From Fidelibacterota bacterium (lineage in GTDB: Bacteria; Fidelibacterota; Marinisomatia; Marinisomatales; Marinisomataceae), in the NCBI GenBank assembly GCA_965212055.1, contig OZ243041.1, forward strand, positions 128,001-192,000: DNA of 64,000 nt, read 5' to 3'. A model generated the notes under the pieces. The model worked only from the letters and a program-made list of their open reading frames with translations, did no database searches and was not told where the DNA came from. Positions 29,509 through 38,784 of this stretch are shown here, one piece after another (within the stretch, counting starts at the first letter, position 1; every line of letters starts with the position of its first letter). Both the position numbers and the translations under genes were made by a program.

Positions 29509-30995
29509 GTACCTATTTCAGTTGTAATATCCTTTGCATCATTCATTTTTGTGAATTTGAACTGATTTTTTTGGATTTGTACATCCTCTATAACTTTTAG
29601 ATAAACGAAATTTTGCCACATAAGACTAATATACGCTTTCTTCTGCTCTTTCTTTAAATAGTGAGCAATTTCTGGATTTAAATATAATTTTAATCTCAAA
29701 TCTTTATTTTTTTGTTTATAATCACGTAACCAATAATCAATTCTTGTTAAAAGAGTATCCTTTGATATAATTCTTCCTAGACCTCTACAACTATCACAAG
29801 ATTCTGTTAAATTATCTACAATGCTTAAGCCAGTTCTTTCTCTAGTCATCTCAAGAACACCAAATTCAGAAATTTCCGATACTGCTACTTTAGCACGACC
29901 TTTTTTTAACTCTTTCTTCATTTCAAGGTATATTTTCTTTCTATTTTCAGCAGAAGTCATATCAATAAAATCAATCAAAATTAAACCAGATAAATGTCTC
30001 AATCTAAGTTGTTTTGCGATTTCTTTTGCTGCTTCCAGGTTAATTTTTAGAGAATTATCTTCATGTTTTTTCTTGCCAACAAATTTTCCACTATTAACAT
30101 CAACTACCACCATTGCTTCAGTTCTTTCAATAATTAAATATGCGCCGCTTTTAAGCCAAACTTTATTTCTCAGTAGTTTGACTAATTCATCTTCAATCCC
30201 TTCTTGTTTGAACAAGGGGACTCTTTTTTTATAATGTTCAAGAGAATCTGATATTTCTAGAGAGTCTTCTTTGATAATTTTTTGTACTTTTTTAAAGTTT
30301 TCTTTAGAATCAACAACAATTTTTTCTACTTTGTCGCTTATTAAATCTCGCAGAACACTTGATGTCATTTCTAAATCGTTGTGAATTAATGTAGGTGCCT
30401 TACTTTCTTTAGCCACATTCATTAGTTGGTTATATTTTTTTTCTAAATTATTATAATCATTTTGTATTTGTTTTTCAGTTTTTCCCTCTGCTACAGTTCG
30501 GATAATGATTCCTAATCCATGTTTTTTAATGTCAAAAGCTATTTTCTTTAATCTTCTTCTTTCGTATTTGTCCCTCATTTTTTTTGATACTCCAACATAT
30601 TTTGAATTTGGTACAAGTACAATAAAACGTCCCGCAATCGAAAGAGCTGTTGTAATACGAGCCCCTTTATTGTCAAATGGTTCTTTGATTACTTGAACGA
30701 CAATTTCTTGACCTGGATTTAGGAGGACATTAATCTCTTTAGAATTTTTTGAATCCGCAATCAATTCTGAATCTGATATTTCTGAAAAAGGTAAGAATGC
30801 ATTATTCCCTTTTCCAATATTGACAAACGCAGCTTGCATACCAGGGATAACGTTTTCTACTACCCCTTTATAGATATTGCCTACAGTTCTCTTTCTTGAT
30901 TGTTTATCAACATGTATTTCGGCAAGTTTTCCATTTTCTTTAACGGCTATTCGAGTCTCCCCGATGCCTTCACTAATGTAAATTTCTTTTTTCAT
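29505..30995 (-). CDS. Ribonuclease E/G family (RNase G-sized)
   Basis: GNIYKG, S1 domain, VDVNSG, IDFIDM, CDSCRG. Confidence 0.95.
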   Translation of the reverse strand: MKKEIYISEGIGETRIAVKENGKLAEIHVDKQSRKRTVGNIYKGVVENVIPGMQAAFVNIGKGNNAFLPFSEISDSELIADSKNSKEINVLLNPGQEIVVQVIKEPFDNKGARITTALSIAGRFIVLVPNSKYVGVSKKMRDKYERRRLKKIAFDIKKHGLGIIIRTVAEGKTEKQIQNDYNNLEKKYNQLMNVAKESKAPTLIHNDLEMTSSVLRDLISDKVEKIVVDSKENFKKVQKIIKEDSLEISDSLEHYKKRVPLFKQEGIEDELVKLLRNKVWLKSGAYLIIERTEAMVVVDVNSGKFVGKKKHEDNSLKINLEAAKEIAKQLRLRHLSGLILIDFIDMTSAENRKKIYLEMKKELKKGRAKVAVSEISEFGVLEMTRERTGLSIVDNLTESCDSCRGLGRIISKDTLLTRIDYWLRDYKQKNKDLRLKLYLNPEIAHYLKKEQKKAYISLMWQNFVYLKVIEDVQIQKNQFKFTKMNDAKDITTEIGT

Positions 30996-31194
30996 TTTTA
31001 TAGCCTCTAGCTTTACTCTTAAACGTAGAGCAACTATTTAACTTTTAGTGAAATGAGGAGAGAATAATTAGGAATAAAAAATCTTTATAAATTCTAAATT
31101 TAAAAAACAAAAATAATAACTTTTAAATTCTGCCCTCAATTTCGCAAGTAATTTAACGATTTTTAAGTTTAAAATACATATAATCTGAACAATT

Positions 31195-31974
31195 ATGTTT
31201 AATGAAGAATTAATAGCTGCTAAGGTTGCAGCAAGAAATGCCGGCAAGATTTTAATCAAACATTTAAATGTTGATGACAAAAACATTGAATATAAAAGTA
31301 AAGACAGTCCTGTTACTATTGCTGACCATGAAGCTGATCAATATCTTTCTGATTTTATAGGAGGAGAATTCCCTCATGATGGATGGTTATCAGAGGAAAC
31401 CGTTGATACTGAAGAGAGATTAGAGAAAAAACGGACATGGATTGTTGATCCACTCGACGGTACTAAAGAATATATTAAAAAACTTCCTGAATTTTCTATT
31501 AGTATTGCTCTGGTTCAGAACAATATACCAGTTGTAGGAGTTATTTATAATCCTATCTCAGAAGAAATGTTTTATGCAGAGAAAAATAAAGGAGCATTTT
31601 TAAATGGAATGAAAATAAAAATCTCTGATAAACAAGATATAAAAAATGCATCGTTGATAGTCAGTAGATCTGAGTATGGTAATAATTTATGGAATAATTA
31701 CAAATCAAGTTTTTTGTCAATTAAATCGATTGGAAGTATAGCATATAAATTAGGTTTGACTGCAGCCAATGTTTATGATATTACAGCAACTGTTGCACCA
31801 AAAAATGAATGGGATATTTGTGCTGGAGATTGTATAGTTCGTGAAGCTGGCGGTACTATGAAGACAATTAATGGTGAAAATATTAATTACAATCAAAAGA
31901 AAACCCTTGTGACAGACCCAATAATTGCTACAAATTTTAAATTATTTGATATGGTATCAGATTTATTATATTAG
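31195..31974 (+). CDS. cysQ: 3'(2'),5'-bisphosphate nucleotidase CysQ / inositol monophosphatase family
   Basis: SPVTIAD, LSEE, WIVDPLDGTKEY, EWDICAG. Confidence 0.8.
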   Translation: MFNEELIAAKVAARNAGKILIKHLNVDDKNIEYKSKDSPVTIADHEADQYLSDFIGGEFPHDGWLSEETVDTEERLEKKRTWIVDPLDGTKEYIKKLPEFSISIALVQNNIPVVGVIYNPISEEMFYAEKNKGAFLNGMKIKISDKQDIKNASLIVSRSEYGNNLWNNYKSSFLSIKSIGSIAYKLGLTAANVYDITATVAPKNEWDICAGDCIVREAGGTMKTINGENINYNQKKTLVTDPIIATNFKLFDMVSDLLY

Positions 31975-31977
31975 GAT

Positions 31978-32940
31978 ATGGCTAATTCTTCAAAAAACGT
32001 AATTAAGTGTTTAGATCAAGGGTTTGTCCGTCTTGTAGATTCAATGGGTGGAGATGATTCAATTGTTCAAGCGGCTAGAGTTAGCTATGGCAAAGGAACA
32101 AAAAAAGTTTCCCAAGATACTGGTTTAATTAGATATCTAATGAGACATAGGCATACTACTCCATTTGAGATGGTTGAATTTAAATTTCATTGTAAAATGC
32201 CCATTTTTGTTGCTAGACAATGGGTCAGACATAGAACTGCCAATATTAATGAATATAGCTTGAGATATTCAGAAGCTAGGGATGAATTTTATATTCCAAA
32301 TCCAAAAAATATCTCTACACAAAGCGCATTAAATAAACAAGGTCGTGGTGTGATATTAAGTAAAAAAGATTCAAAATTAGTGATTGATAATTTTGAAAAA
32401 ATTTCTTCTTTATCATACAAGATGTATGAAGAGATGAATGAAAAAGGGATAGCTAGAGAATTGGCTCGTGCGGTTTTACCAGTTAATCTATATACAGAAT
32501 GGTATTGGAAAAATGATTTGAATAATACACTAAAATTTTTAAGCCTTAGAATGGATAGTCATGCTCAGTATGAAATTCGAGTTTATGCAGAAGCAATGGC
32601 AGAATTTGTTAAACAAGTCACTCCAATTGCATATCAAGCATTTGAGGATTATAATTTATCAGGTTTTTATCTTTCATCTTTTGAACAAGATATTTTTAAA
32701 CAAAAATTACCTGAAAGACTGTGGAATGATATTTATGATGATGTTGTCTATCGTATTGTTTACACTCTTAATAAGAATAAAGCTCGTGCAAAGAAAGATT
32801 TGTATCCATTATATGTAAAAAATGGTGGTGATGATAATGAATCTACCTTTAATGCAAAATGGAAAACTGAAACCTTAAAAACAGGCAATGTAAGAGAATT
32901 GAGAGAGTTCCAAAATAAATTGAAAAATTTGATTAACTAA
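31978..32940 (+). CDS. thyX: FAD-dependent thymidylate synthase with C-terminal extension
   Basis: RHRTANINEYSLRY signature, ARELAR, HAQYEIR. Confidence 0.95.
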   Translation: MANSSKNVIKCLDQGFVRLVDSMGGDDSIVQAARVSYGKGTKKVSQDTGLIRYLMRHRHTTPFEMVEFKFHCKMPIFVARQWVRHRTANINEYSLRYSEARDEFYIPNPKNISTQSALNKQGRGVILSKKDSKLVIDNFEKISSLSYKMYEEMNEKGIARELARAVLPVNLYTEWYWKNDLNNTLKFLSLRMDSHAQYEIRVYAEAMAEFVKQVTPIAYQAFEDYNLSGFYLSSFEQDIFKQKLPERLWNDIYDDVVYRIVYTLNKNKARAKKDLYPLYVKNGGDDNESTFNAKWKTETLKTGNVRELREFQNKLKNLIN

Positions 32941-32941
32941 C

Positions 32942-34111
32942 ATGAAATATATTGGTCCAGATTTTTGTAACATTACTTCGCTTCTCAATGATGAAGAATT
33001 ATTGATACAAAAGACTGCAAATACTTTCGTTCAGAAAAAATTCCTTCCGATTGTAAATGAATATTATGATAAAGGCACATTCCCAACCGATTTAATCCCT
33101 GAGATGGGAGAGTTAGGATTTTTTGGTTCTACGCTTCCAAAAGAGTTTGGCGGTAATAAGATTAGCAATATTGCTTACGGTCTTGTTATGCATGAACTTG
33201 AAAAAGGCGATTCTGGTTTACGTTCTCTTTGTAGTGTGCAAAGTGGTCTTGTTATGTATCCTATCTTTCAATATGGCACTGATGAACAAAAGAAAAAATG
33301 GTTACCAAAATTAGCTTCTGGAGAAGCAATTGGATGTTTTGGATTAACAGAATCTAATCATGGTTCCGATCCTGGGGGTATGCTTACAAGAGCAAAAAAA
33401 GATGGAGATAATTGGGTTATTAATGGATCAAAAATGTGGATTACTAATGGTTCAATAGCAGATGTAGCGGTTGTATGGGCAAAAGACGAAGAAAACATCA
33501 TTCGTGGTTTTCTAATAGAAAAGGGAACAGAAGGATTTTCAAGTTCTGATATTCATGGTAAAATGAGTCTTCGAGCATCAATTACATCAGAATTATTGAT
33601 GAAAGATGTTTGTATTCCTGATAGCAATCGATTGCCCAATATCGAAGGACTAAAAGGCCCTTTATCGTGTCTAAATCAAGCAAGATATTCTATTGTATGG
33701 GGTACAATTGGAGCAGCTGTTGATTGCTATGAGGTTGCGTTAAATTATAGTAAAGAACGTAAACAATTTTCTAAGCCGATTGCTCAATTTCAATTAACTC
33801 AACAGAAATTGGCATATATGATTCAAGAAATTTCAAAAGCTCAGCTACTTGCTATACAAATTGGGAGATTAAAAGATACTAATGAAGTTGATTTCTCACA
33901 TATTTCTCTTGGAAAAAAGAATAATGTTGCGATGGCAAGAGAATGTGCAAAATTCTCTAGAGAAATACTTGGAGCAAACGGAATTATGGATGATTATTCT
34001 GTTATGAGACATATGATGAATTTAGAAACAGTATATACTTATGAAGGAACCAATGAAATTCATACATTGATTATTGGCCAAAAAATTACAGGTGAATCTG
34101 CTTTTGAATAG
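32942..34111 (+). CDS. Acyl-CoA dehydrogenase, glutaryl-CoA dehydrogenase-like
   Basis: GCFGLTESNHGSDPG, KMWITNG, TYEGT. Confidence 0.85.
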   Translation: MKYIGPDFCNITSLLNDEELLIQKTANTFVQKKFLPIVNEYYDKGTFPTDLIPEMGELGFFGSTLPKEFGGNKISNIAYGLVMHELEKGDSGLRSLCSVQSGLVMYPIFQYGTDEQKKKWLPKLASGEAIGCFGLTESNHGSDPGGMLTRAKKDGDNWVINGSKMWITNGSIADVAVVWAKDEENIIRGFLIEKGTEGFSSSDIHGKMSLRASITSELLMKDVCIPDSNRLPNIEGLKGPLSCLNQARYSIVWGTIGAAVDCYEVALNYSKERKQFSKPIAQFQLTQQKLAYMIQEISKAQLLAIQIGRLKDTNEVDFSHISLGKKNNVAMARECAKFSREILGANGIMDDYSVMRHMMNLETVYTYEGTNEIHTLIIGQKITGESAFE

Positions 34112-34661
34112 TATGGTCAATCGTTTCTATTATATTTTTTAATAATTTTTCTCTATTTACTTCTTTTCCCAGTTCCAATAATAACGAGGTATAGAGTTTA
34201 TCTTGAATTGGCTCTAAATCTTGGAAACTTGAATTAACATTAATCCCAATTCCTAAAACTTGAGTGATAACCTTATCTTTTACTTTCTGTTCACAAAGGA
34301 TACCTGAAATTTTTTTATTATCAATATAGATATCATTTGGATATTTTATTCGTCCAGATATTTTTAATTTTTTTAGAGTTGTAACAATTGATTCACAAGC
34401 AATATCAACCAAGGATTGTCCATCCATAATGTAATTTTTAGGTATAATAATAGTAAACGCTAAATCTTTATACGGCGTAGAGATCCATTTTCTACCATGA
34501 CGTCCTCTTCCATAAGTTTGCTTATCACAAATAACTACACCATAGCTGTCGTTATTAAGATTGAGAGCTTTTTCATTGGTTGATCCCAATTCTTTTTTAT
34601 AAAAGATTTTGGATGCAATGACTTTTGTATCTAGTAAATGATCACTAAGATCTAAGAGCAC
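34086..34661 (-). CDS. birA: Biotin-[acetyl-CoA carboxylase] ligase, catalytic domain only
   Basis: STN, QTYGRGRHGRKW, KYPND, KKISGIL, GIGIN. Confidence 0.9.
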   Translation of the reverse strand: MLLDLSDHLLDTKVIASKIFYKKELGSTNEKALNLNNDSYGVVICDKQTYGRGRHGRKWISTPYKDLAFTIIIPKNYIMDGQSLVDIACESIVTTLKKLKISGRIKYPNDIYIDNKKISGILCEQKVKDKVITQVLGIGINVNSSFQDLEPIQDKLYTSLLLELGKEVNREKLLKNIIETIDHTIQKQIHL

Positions 34662-35224
34662 GGATCTAATTTTTTTCTCATTTTGAAAACAGTTCCTGGT
34701 TGTAATACTCCATCATTATTTCTAATCAACCTTTCATTGTCCATATATAGAATTACCCATGCAAGTTCATCGCCATATATTTCATCAGCAAGACCCCATG
34801 CTGTATCACCAGATTGTATTTGATAGTCAAAAAATTCTAAATCACAATTTTTTGCTTTACTAGCCTCTCTTTGTAATGATAAAAAATTATAAGGATAAAT
34901 TTTGTTTGGATCAGATCCAATTTCTTCTCTATTCCATTCATAAATTTCTCTCCACATTGAAGAATCTCCATATTCTCTAGAAGCAATTTTAATTAAATAA
35001 TCACCCCTTTTAATCATATATGGTTCGAAAACAGTAACAGGAAGTGGTGGAGCTTCAGGTTCTTGAACAGTAAATGTTTCTACTTTCACCTCTTCTTCAA
35101 CAACTCTCGTATCAGATTCAGTGGATTCTTGGCTGCTCATTTCTTCTCCTACACTAGGAGCGGTGCCAGCACAATTTATAATCAAAAGTGTGCTTAGCAA
35201 TAAAACAAATTCTTTTATTTTCAT
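34652..35224 (-). CDS. LysM peptidoglycan-binding lipoprotein (two LysM-like repeats)
   Basis: Lipobox IINC; YMIKRGDYL.KIA..EYG and YQIQSGDTAW.LA..IYG; GAGGA SD. Confidence 0.85.
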   Translation of the reverse strand: MKIKEFVLLLSTLLIINCAGTAPSVGEEMSSQESTESDTRVVEEEVKVETFTVQEPEAPPLPVTVFEPYMIKRGDYLIKIASREYGDSSMWREIYEWNREEIGSDPNKIYPYNFLSLQREASKAKNCDLEFFDYQIQSGDTAWGLADEIYGDELAWVILYMDNERLIRNNDGVLQPGTVFKMRKKLDPCS

Positions 35225-35308
35225 TGTATTCCTCGATTTTTTCAATTTTTTGTCCGTATCTATAATAATAATATTAATTTTTTAATTCAATGTTCCTGTT
35301 TTTTTTAA

Positions 35309-36796
35309 TTAGGAATATTCTCCAAAGACTTTTCTTAAAGTATCTGAAATCTCACCAAGAGTACATTTATTTTTTGCACAACTCACAATATATGGAATTA
35401 AGTTTTCATCTGATTTTGCTTTTTCTTCTAATTTAGATAGTGCATTAGAAACTTTTTTATGATCTCGATCTTTTTTAAACTGAGTAACAAGATCTACTCT
35501 CTTTTTATTGTCATCTTTTTGACTTTCTATGTTGATTAGATTTTCTTCATTATTGTCAATAAATTGATTAACCCCTATAAGAATCTCTTCTTTACTGTCT
35601 AAATTATTTTGAAATTGGATTGAAGAATCTGCAATTTCTTTTTCTACTTCTCCTGTTTCAATCAGTTTTTCCATTCCTCCTTTATTAGATATATCGTCAA
35701 TTTTTTCCAGAACTTCCTTTACAATTTCTTTTGTTCTGGTATTTATTACATCACTATCTCCTATTGGATCTACAAAGTTTGGGATATTAGTTTCATATGC
35801 AATAATTTGTTGTATTCTTAGGGCTGCTAGAGCATTTTTTTCTGATGGAAGGCTGATAGCTTCATCTTTACCATTGGTATGGATTGACTGTGCTCCTCCT
35901 AATACTGCAGCAAGTGCTTGTAATGTGGTTCTTACTGTGTTATTCTCGATTTGTTGTGCTGTTAATGTAGATCCCCCAGTTTGCACATGGAATCGACATA
36001 ATTGAGATATAGAATCTTCTATTTTAAATCTTTCTTTTACTATTGTTGCCCAAATTTCTCTTGCTGCTCTGAATTTTGATACTTCTTCAAAAAAATCTCG
36101 ATGAGAATTGAAAAAAAATGACATTTGTGTTGTTAATTTTTCTATATCAATCCCATGTTTTTTTGCAGTATTGATATATGTTATTGCATTTGCAAATGTA
36201 AATGCTAATTCTTGAATAGCGGTACTTCCTGCTTCTCTTATATGATATCCTGAAACTGATATTGAATTCCATTTAGGTAATGTAGATTGACAATATTCAA
36301 ATATATCACTACTCAGTCTCAATGATGGATTGATTGGGAAGATATATGTTCCTCTCGCAATATATTCCTTAAGAATATCATTTTGGATTGTACCCTTTAA
36401 ATTTGAGAGCTCATATCCTTTTTCTTCTGCTAATGCTACATAAAATGCTAATAAAATTGGGGCAGTTGCATTAATTGTCATCGAAACAGAGACCTGTTCT
36501 AAATTTATTTCATTAAACAATAATTTCATGTCATCAATTGTAGAAATGGGTACACCGGATTTTCCAATCTCGCCATAGGAAATCTCATGATCAGAATCAT
36601 AGCCAATTTGTGTTGGTAAATCAAAAGCTACAGATAGTCCACTGACACCACTGTTTAGCAAGGATAAAAAGCGACTATTCGATTCTTTAACAGATGAAAA
36701 TCCTGCATACTGTCTCATCGTCCAAAGTTTTGTACGATACATATCTTTATAGATACCTTTTGTAAATGGGAAATTACCTATCTTTTTTTTGGACAT
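35309..36796 (-). CDS. Methylmalonyl-CoA mutase, substrate-binding subunit (no B12-binding domain)
   Basis: WTMRQYAGF, AFDLPTQ, QNDILKEYIARGTY, SGYHIRE. Confidence 0.9.
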   Translation of the reverse strand: MSKKKIGNFPFTKGIYKDMYRTKLWTMRQYAGFSSVKESNSRFLSLLNSGVSGLSVAFDLPTQIGYDSDHEISYGEIGKSGVPISTIDDMKLLFNEINLEQVSVSMTINATAPILLAFYVALAEEKGYELSNLKGTIQNDILKEYIARGTYIFPINPSLRLSSDIFEYCQSTLPKWNSISVSGYHIREAGSTAIQELAFTFANAITYINTAKKHGIDIEKLTTQMSFFFNSHRDFFEEVSKFRAAREIWATIVKERFKIEDSISQLCRFHVQTGGSTLTAQQIENNTVRTTLQALAAVLGGAQSIHTNGKDEAISLPSEKNALAALRIQQIIAYETNIPNFVDPIGDSDVINTRTKEIVKEVLEKIDDISNKGGMEKLIETGEVEKEIADSSIQFQNNLDSKEEILIGVNQFIDNNEENLINIESQKDDNKKRVDLVTQFKKDRDHKKVSNALSKLEEKAKSDENLIPYIVSCAKNKCTLGEISDTLRKVFGEYS

Positions 36797-36827
36797 AATA
36801 AGTTAATTTAATCCTAAAATTAGAAAT

Positions 36828-37355
36828 ATGGAATATTCTCAAATTCAAAAGATTATTTATTGGTTAAAATGTAAAAAATATTTTGAAAATAGTTCTAGAA
36901 CTTATCGATATTCAAAAAAACAATCTGGTTCGGTTTTGGTAATTTTACCCGATAGTGATATTGCATTTGATTTTGCGCAACTTCTTCTAGATAGAATCGA
37001 ACAGAAAAAGAATAATAATATTAGTTTTCTCTTAAGAGATTCGTTAGTGAATTTTTACTCTGATGATCTTAAAAATTTTTCTGAATTATTTTCTTATACA
37101 GACATTGATTCATTAGGACTGCCTACACCATGGTTCATTAAAAAGATAAGAAAGTCTAATTACCAAAATATAGTTGATTTAAATATTGAATTTAGTCCAT
37201 TTTCTTCATTTTTAGTGAGAGCTTGTCAATCTGAAGTAAGAATGGGTTTTAATTATGATAATTCAAAAAAATATTATAATGTTATATTAGACCAAAATTA
37301 TCAAAAAGATTTAAATGGAACATTTGATATGATTGGGAAGTTTATAAAAAAATGA
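36828..37355 (+). CDS. Hypothetical protein (possibly DUF6913-like)
   Basis: Clean ORF overlapping the next gene (ATGA); IVDLN and RMGF motifs. Confidence 0.55.
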   Translation: MEYSQIQKIIYWLKCKKYFENSSRTYRYSKKQSGSVLVILPDSDIAFDFAQLLLDRIEQKKNNNISFLLRDSLVNFYSDDLKNFSELFSYTDIDSLGLPTPWFIKKIRKSNYQNIVDLNIEFSPFSSFLVRACQSEVRMGFNYDNSKKYYNVILDQNYQKDLNGTFDMIGKFIKK

Positions 37356-38107
37356 AAAATATTATATCAGAAATTGTTTTATTGGATAAACCTGTATCAT
37401 CTGTTAATGATATAGGACATCCTTGGGATCTAATTGCTAATATTCCCAAAATATTTAAAGATATTCCAAGTTCTTTTAAAAATTTTGAACATGTGATAAT
37501 TAATGATGATAATGGCCCTGTAATTATAAGTGAAAATGTGATAATTGAGCCATTTACTGTTCTGAATGGCCCTCTATTTATTGGCAAAGATTGTCTTATT
37601 AAATCTCATTCTAAGATTGCAAATTCTATTATCAACCATCATTGTAAAATTTCTGGAGAAATACATTCTTCTATATTCCAACCATATTCAAATAAAGCTC
37701 ACCATGGATTTTTAGGACATAGTTTTGTTGGTTCTTGGGTGAATCTAGGGGCAGGTACTACTACCAGTAATCTAAAAAATAACTATTCTAATGTTAGTGT
37801 CAAGTGGGATGGAGAACTTATTGATACTGGATCTATCTTTCTTGGATCAATTATTGGAGATCATGTGAAAACAGCAATTGGAACTAATTTAAATACAGGA
37901 ACAGTGATTGGTATGGGTTCTAATGTTGTTTCTCAATCTTTCCCTCCACGTTATATTCCCCCATTTTCTCTGTATTATAAGGAAAAAATTAAAAAAATAT
38001 CATTTGATGATTTCTGTAATACTGCTGAAAAAGCAATGTCAAGAAGAGGAAAATCTCTTTCAGACACTGAAAAAAACAAGCTACATAATATTTACAAAAC
38101 TTGTTGA
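37352..38107 (+). CDS. GlmU-related left-handed beta-helix acyltransferase domain protein
   Basis: Hexapeptide repeats; NKAHHGFLGHS, WVNLGAGTTTSNLKNNY. Confidence 0.8.
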   Translation: MKNIISEIVLLDKPVSSVNDIGHPWDLIANIPKIFKDIPSSFKNFEHVIINDDNGPVIISENVIIEPFTVLNGPLFIGKDCLIKSHSKIANSIINHHCKISGEIHSSIFQPYSNKAHHGFLGHSFVGSWVNLGAGTTTSNLKNNYSNVSVKWDGELIDTGSIFLGSIIGDHVKTAIGTNLNTGTVIGMGSNVVSQSFPPRYIPPFSLYYKEKIKKISFDDFCNTAEKAMSRRGKSLSDTEKNKLHNIYKTC

Positions 38108-38132
38108 CTACCTGATTAACAACTAATATCTT
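38104..38132 (+). promoter_or_regulatory. Sigma70-type promoter directly ahead of ATG 38140 (leaderless type)
   Basis: TTGACT-N17-TATCTT-N7-ATG. Confidence 0.65.
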
Positions 38133-38139
38133 CACCCTT

Positions 38140-38544
38140 ATGAGTGATGTACAAAATCATTTGGGTGAAGTAGATGAAATCTTGAGTCCTTGTTGTGATG
38201 AAGAGATAAGGGTTTCTGCTATTGGGCCTAAACTTAAGTGCCCATTGTGTAAAACAAATCTAAAGCAAAGAGCATTTTTACCATTTCTTGAATATCTTAT
38301 GGAAAATGGACATGTTGAAAATTTAGATTTCTTTGACTTAGATTTATATAATCAAGATAAAGAAAGTTTAGACAGTCAAGATGAAGAACTAGATTTAGAT
38401 AAATATGAAGTTAAAAAAGATAGTTTAAATATTTATGAAGACGATAACCGTTTAGGCAAGCCTACTGCTGTCTCTGAAACTTCTATTGATGAGTCTGCTC
38501 TTTCCAATGATTGGACTAAATTTGCTACCGAAGATTCAGAGTAA
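38140..38544 (+). CDS. Hypothetical zinc-ribbon protein with very acidic C-terminus
   Basis: SPCC...CPLC followed by D/E-rich region; own promoter. Confidence 0.7.
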   Translation: MSDVQNHLGEVDEILSPCCDEEIRVSAIGPKLKCPLCKTNLKQRAFLPFLEYLMENGHVENLDFFDLDLYNQDKESLDSQDEELDLDKYEVKKDSLNIYEDDNRLGKPTAVSETSIDESALSNDWTKFATEDSE

Positions 38545-38597
38545 AACAGACGATTTTACTTTACAATTCATTACAGTTCGTACTAAATTGATAGAAC

Positions 38598-38676
38598 CAA
38601 GATTTTTTCAGGCTATAAAATCTTGAAAGATTGAAAGAATTCCCCCGCTATCAACTTTCCTTTATAGCCTGTTTTT
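38598..38676 (+). ncRNA. Candidate structured RNA (unknown family)
   Basis: Three complementary stems visible plus a T5 tail; upstream TTTACA-N18-TAAATT. Confidence 0.35.
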
Positions 38677-38734
38677 ATATCTCCACCTCATTTTTTTGTT
38701 TTGCTTCATTTGACGAATAGGATTAATATTGATT

Positions 38735-38758
38735 AATCGACTGATGAGTCGGTTTTTT
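38735..38758. promoter_or_regulatory. Dyad upstream of etfB: operator or intrinsic terminator
   Basis: AATCGACT-GATG-AGTCGGTT followed by TTTT. Confidence 0.45.
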
Positions 38759-38784
38759 AAGATAAGTAGTATAAAATAAATAGT

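Noticed and set aside
31068..31286. 72-aa minus ORF in the rne-cysQ gap
   Set aside because: Partly antisense to cysQ and otherwise low-complexity AT-rich promoter DNA
38741..38748. CTGATGAG, the hammerhead ribozyme core motif
   Set aside because: No stem II followed by GAAA and no stems I/III; explained by the local dyad
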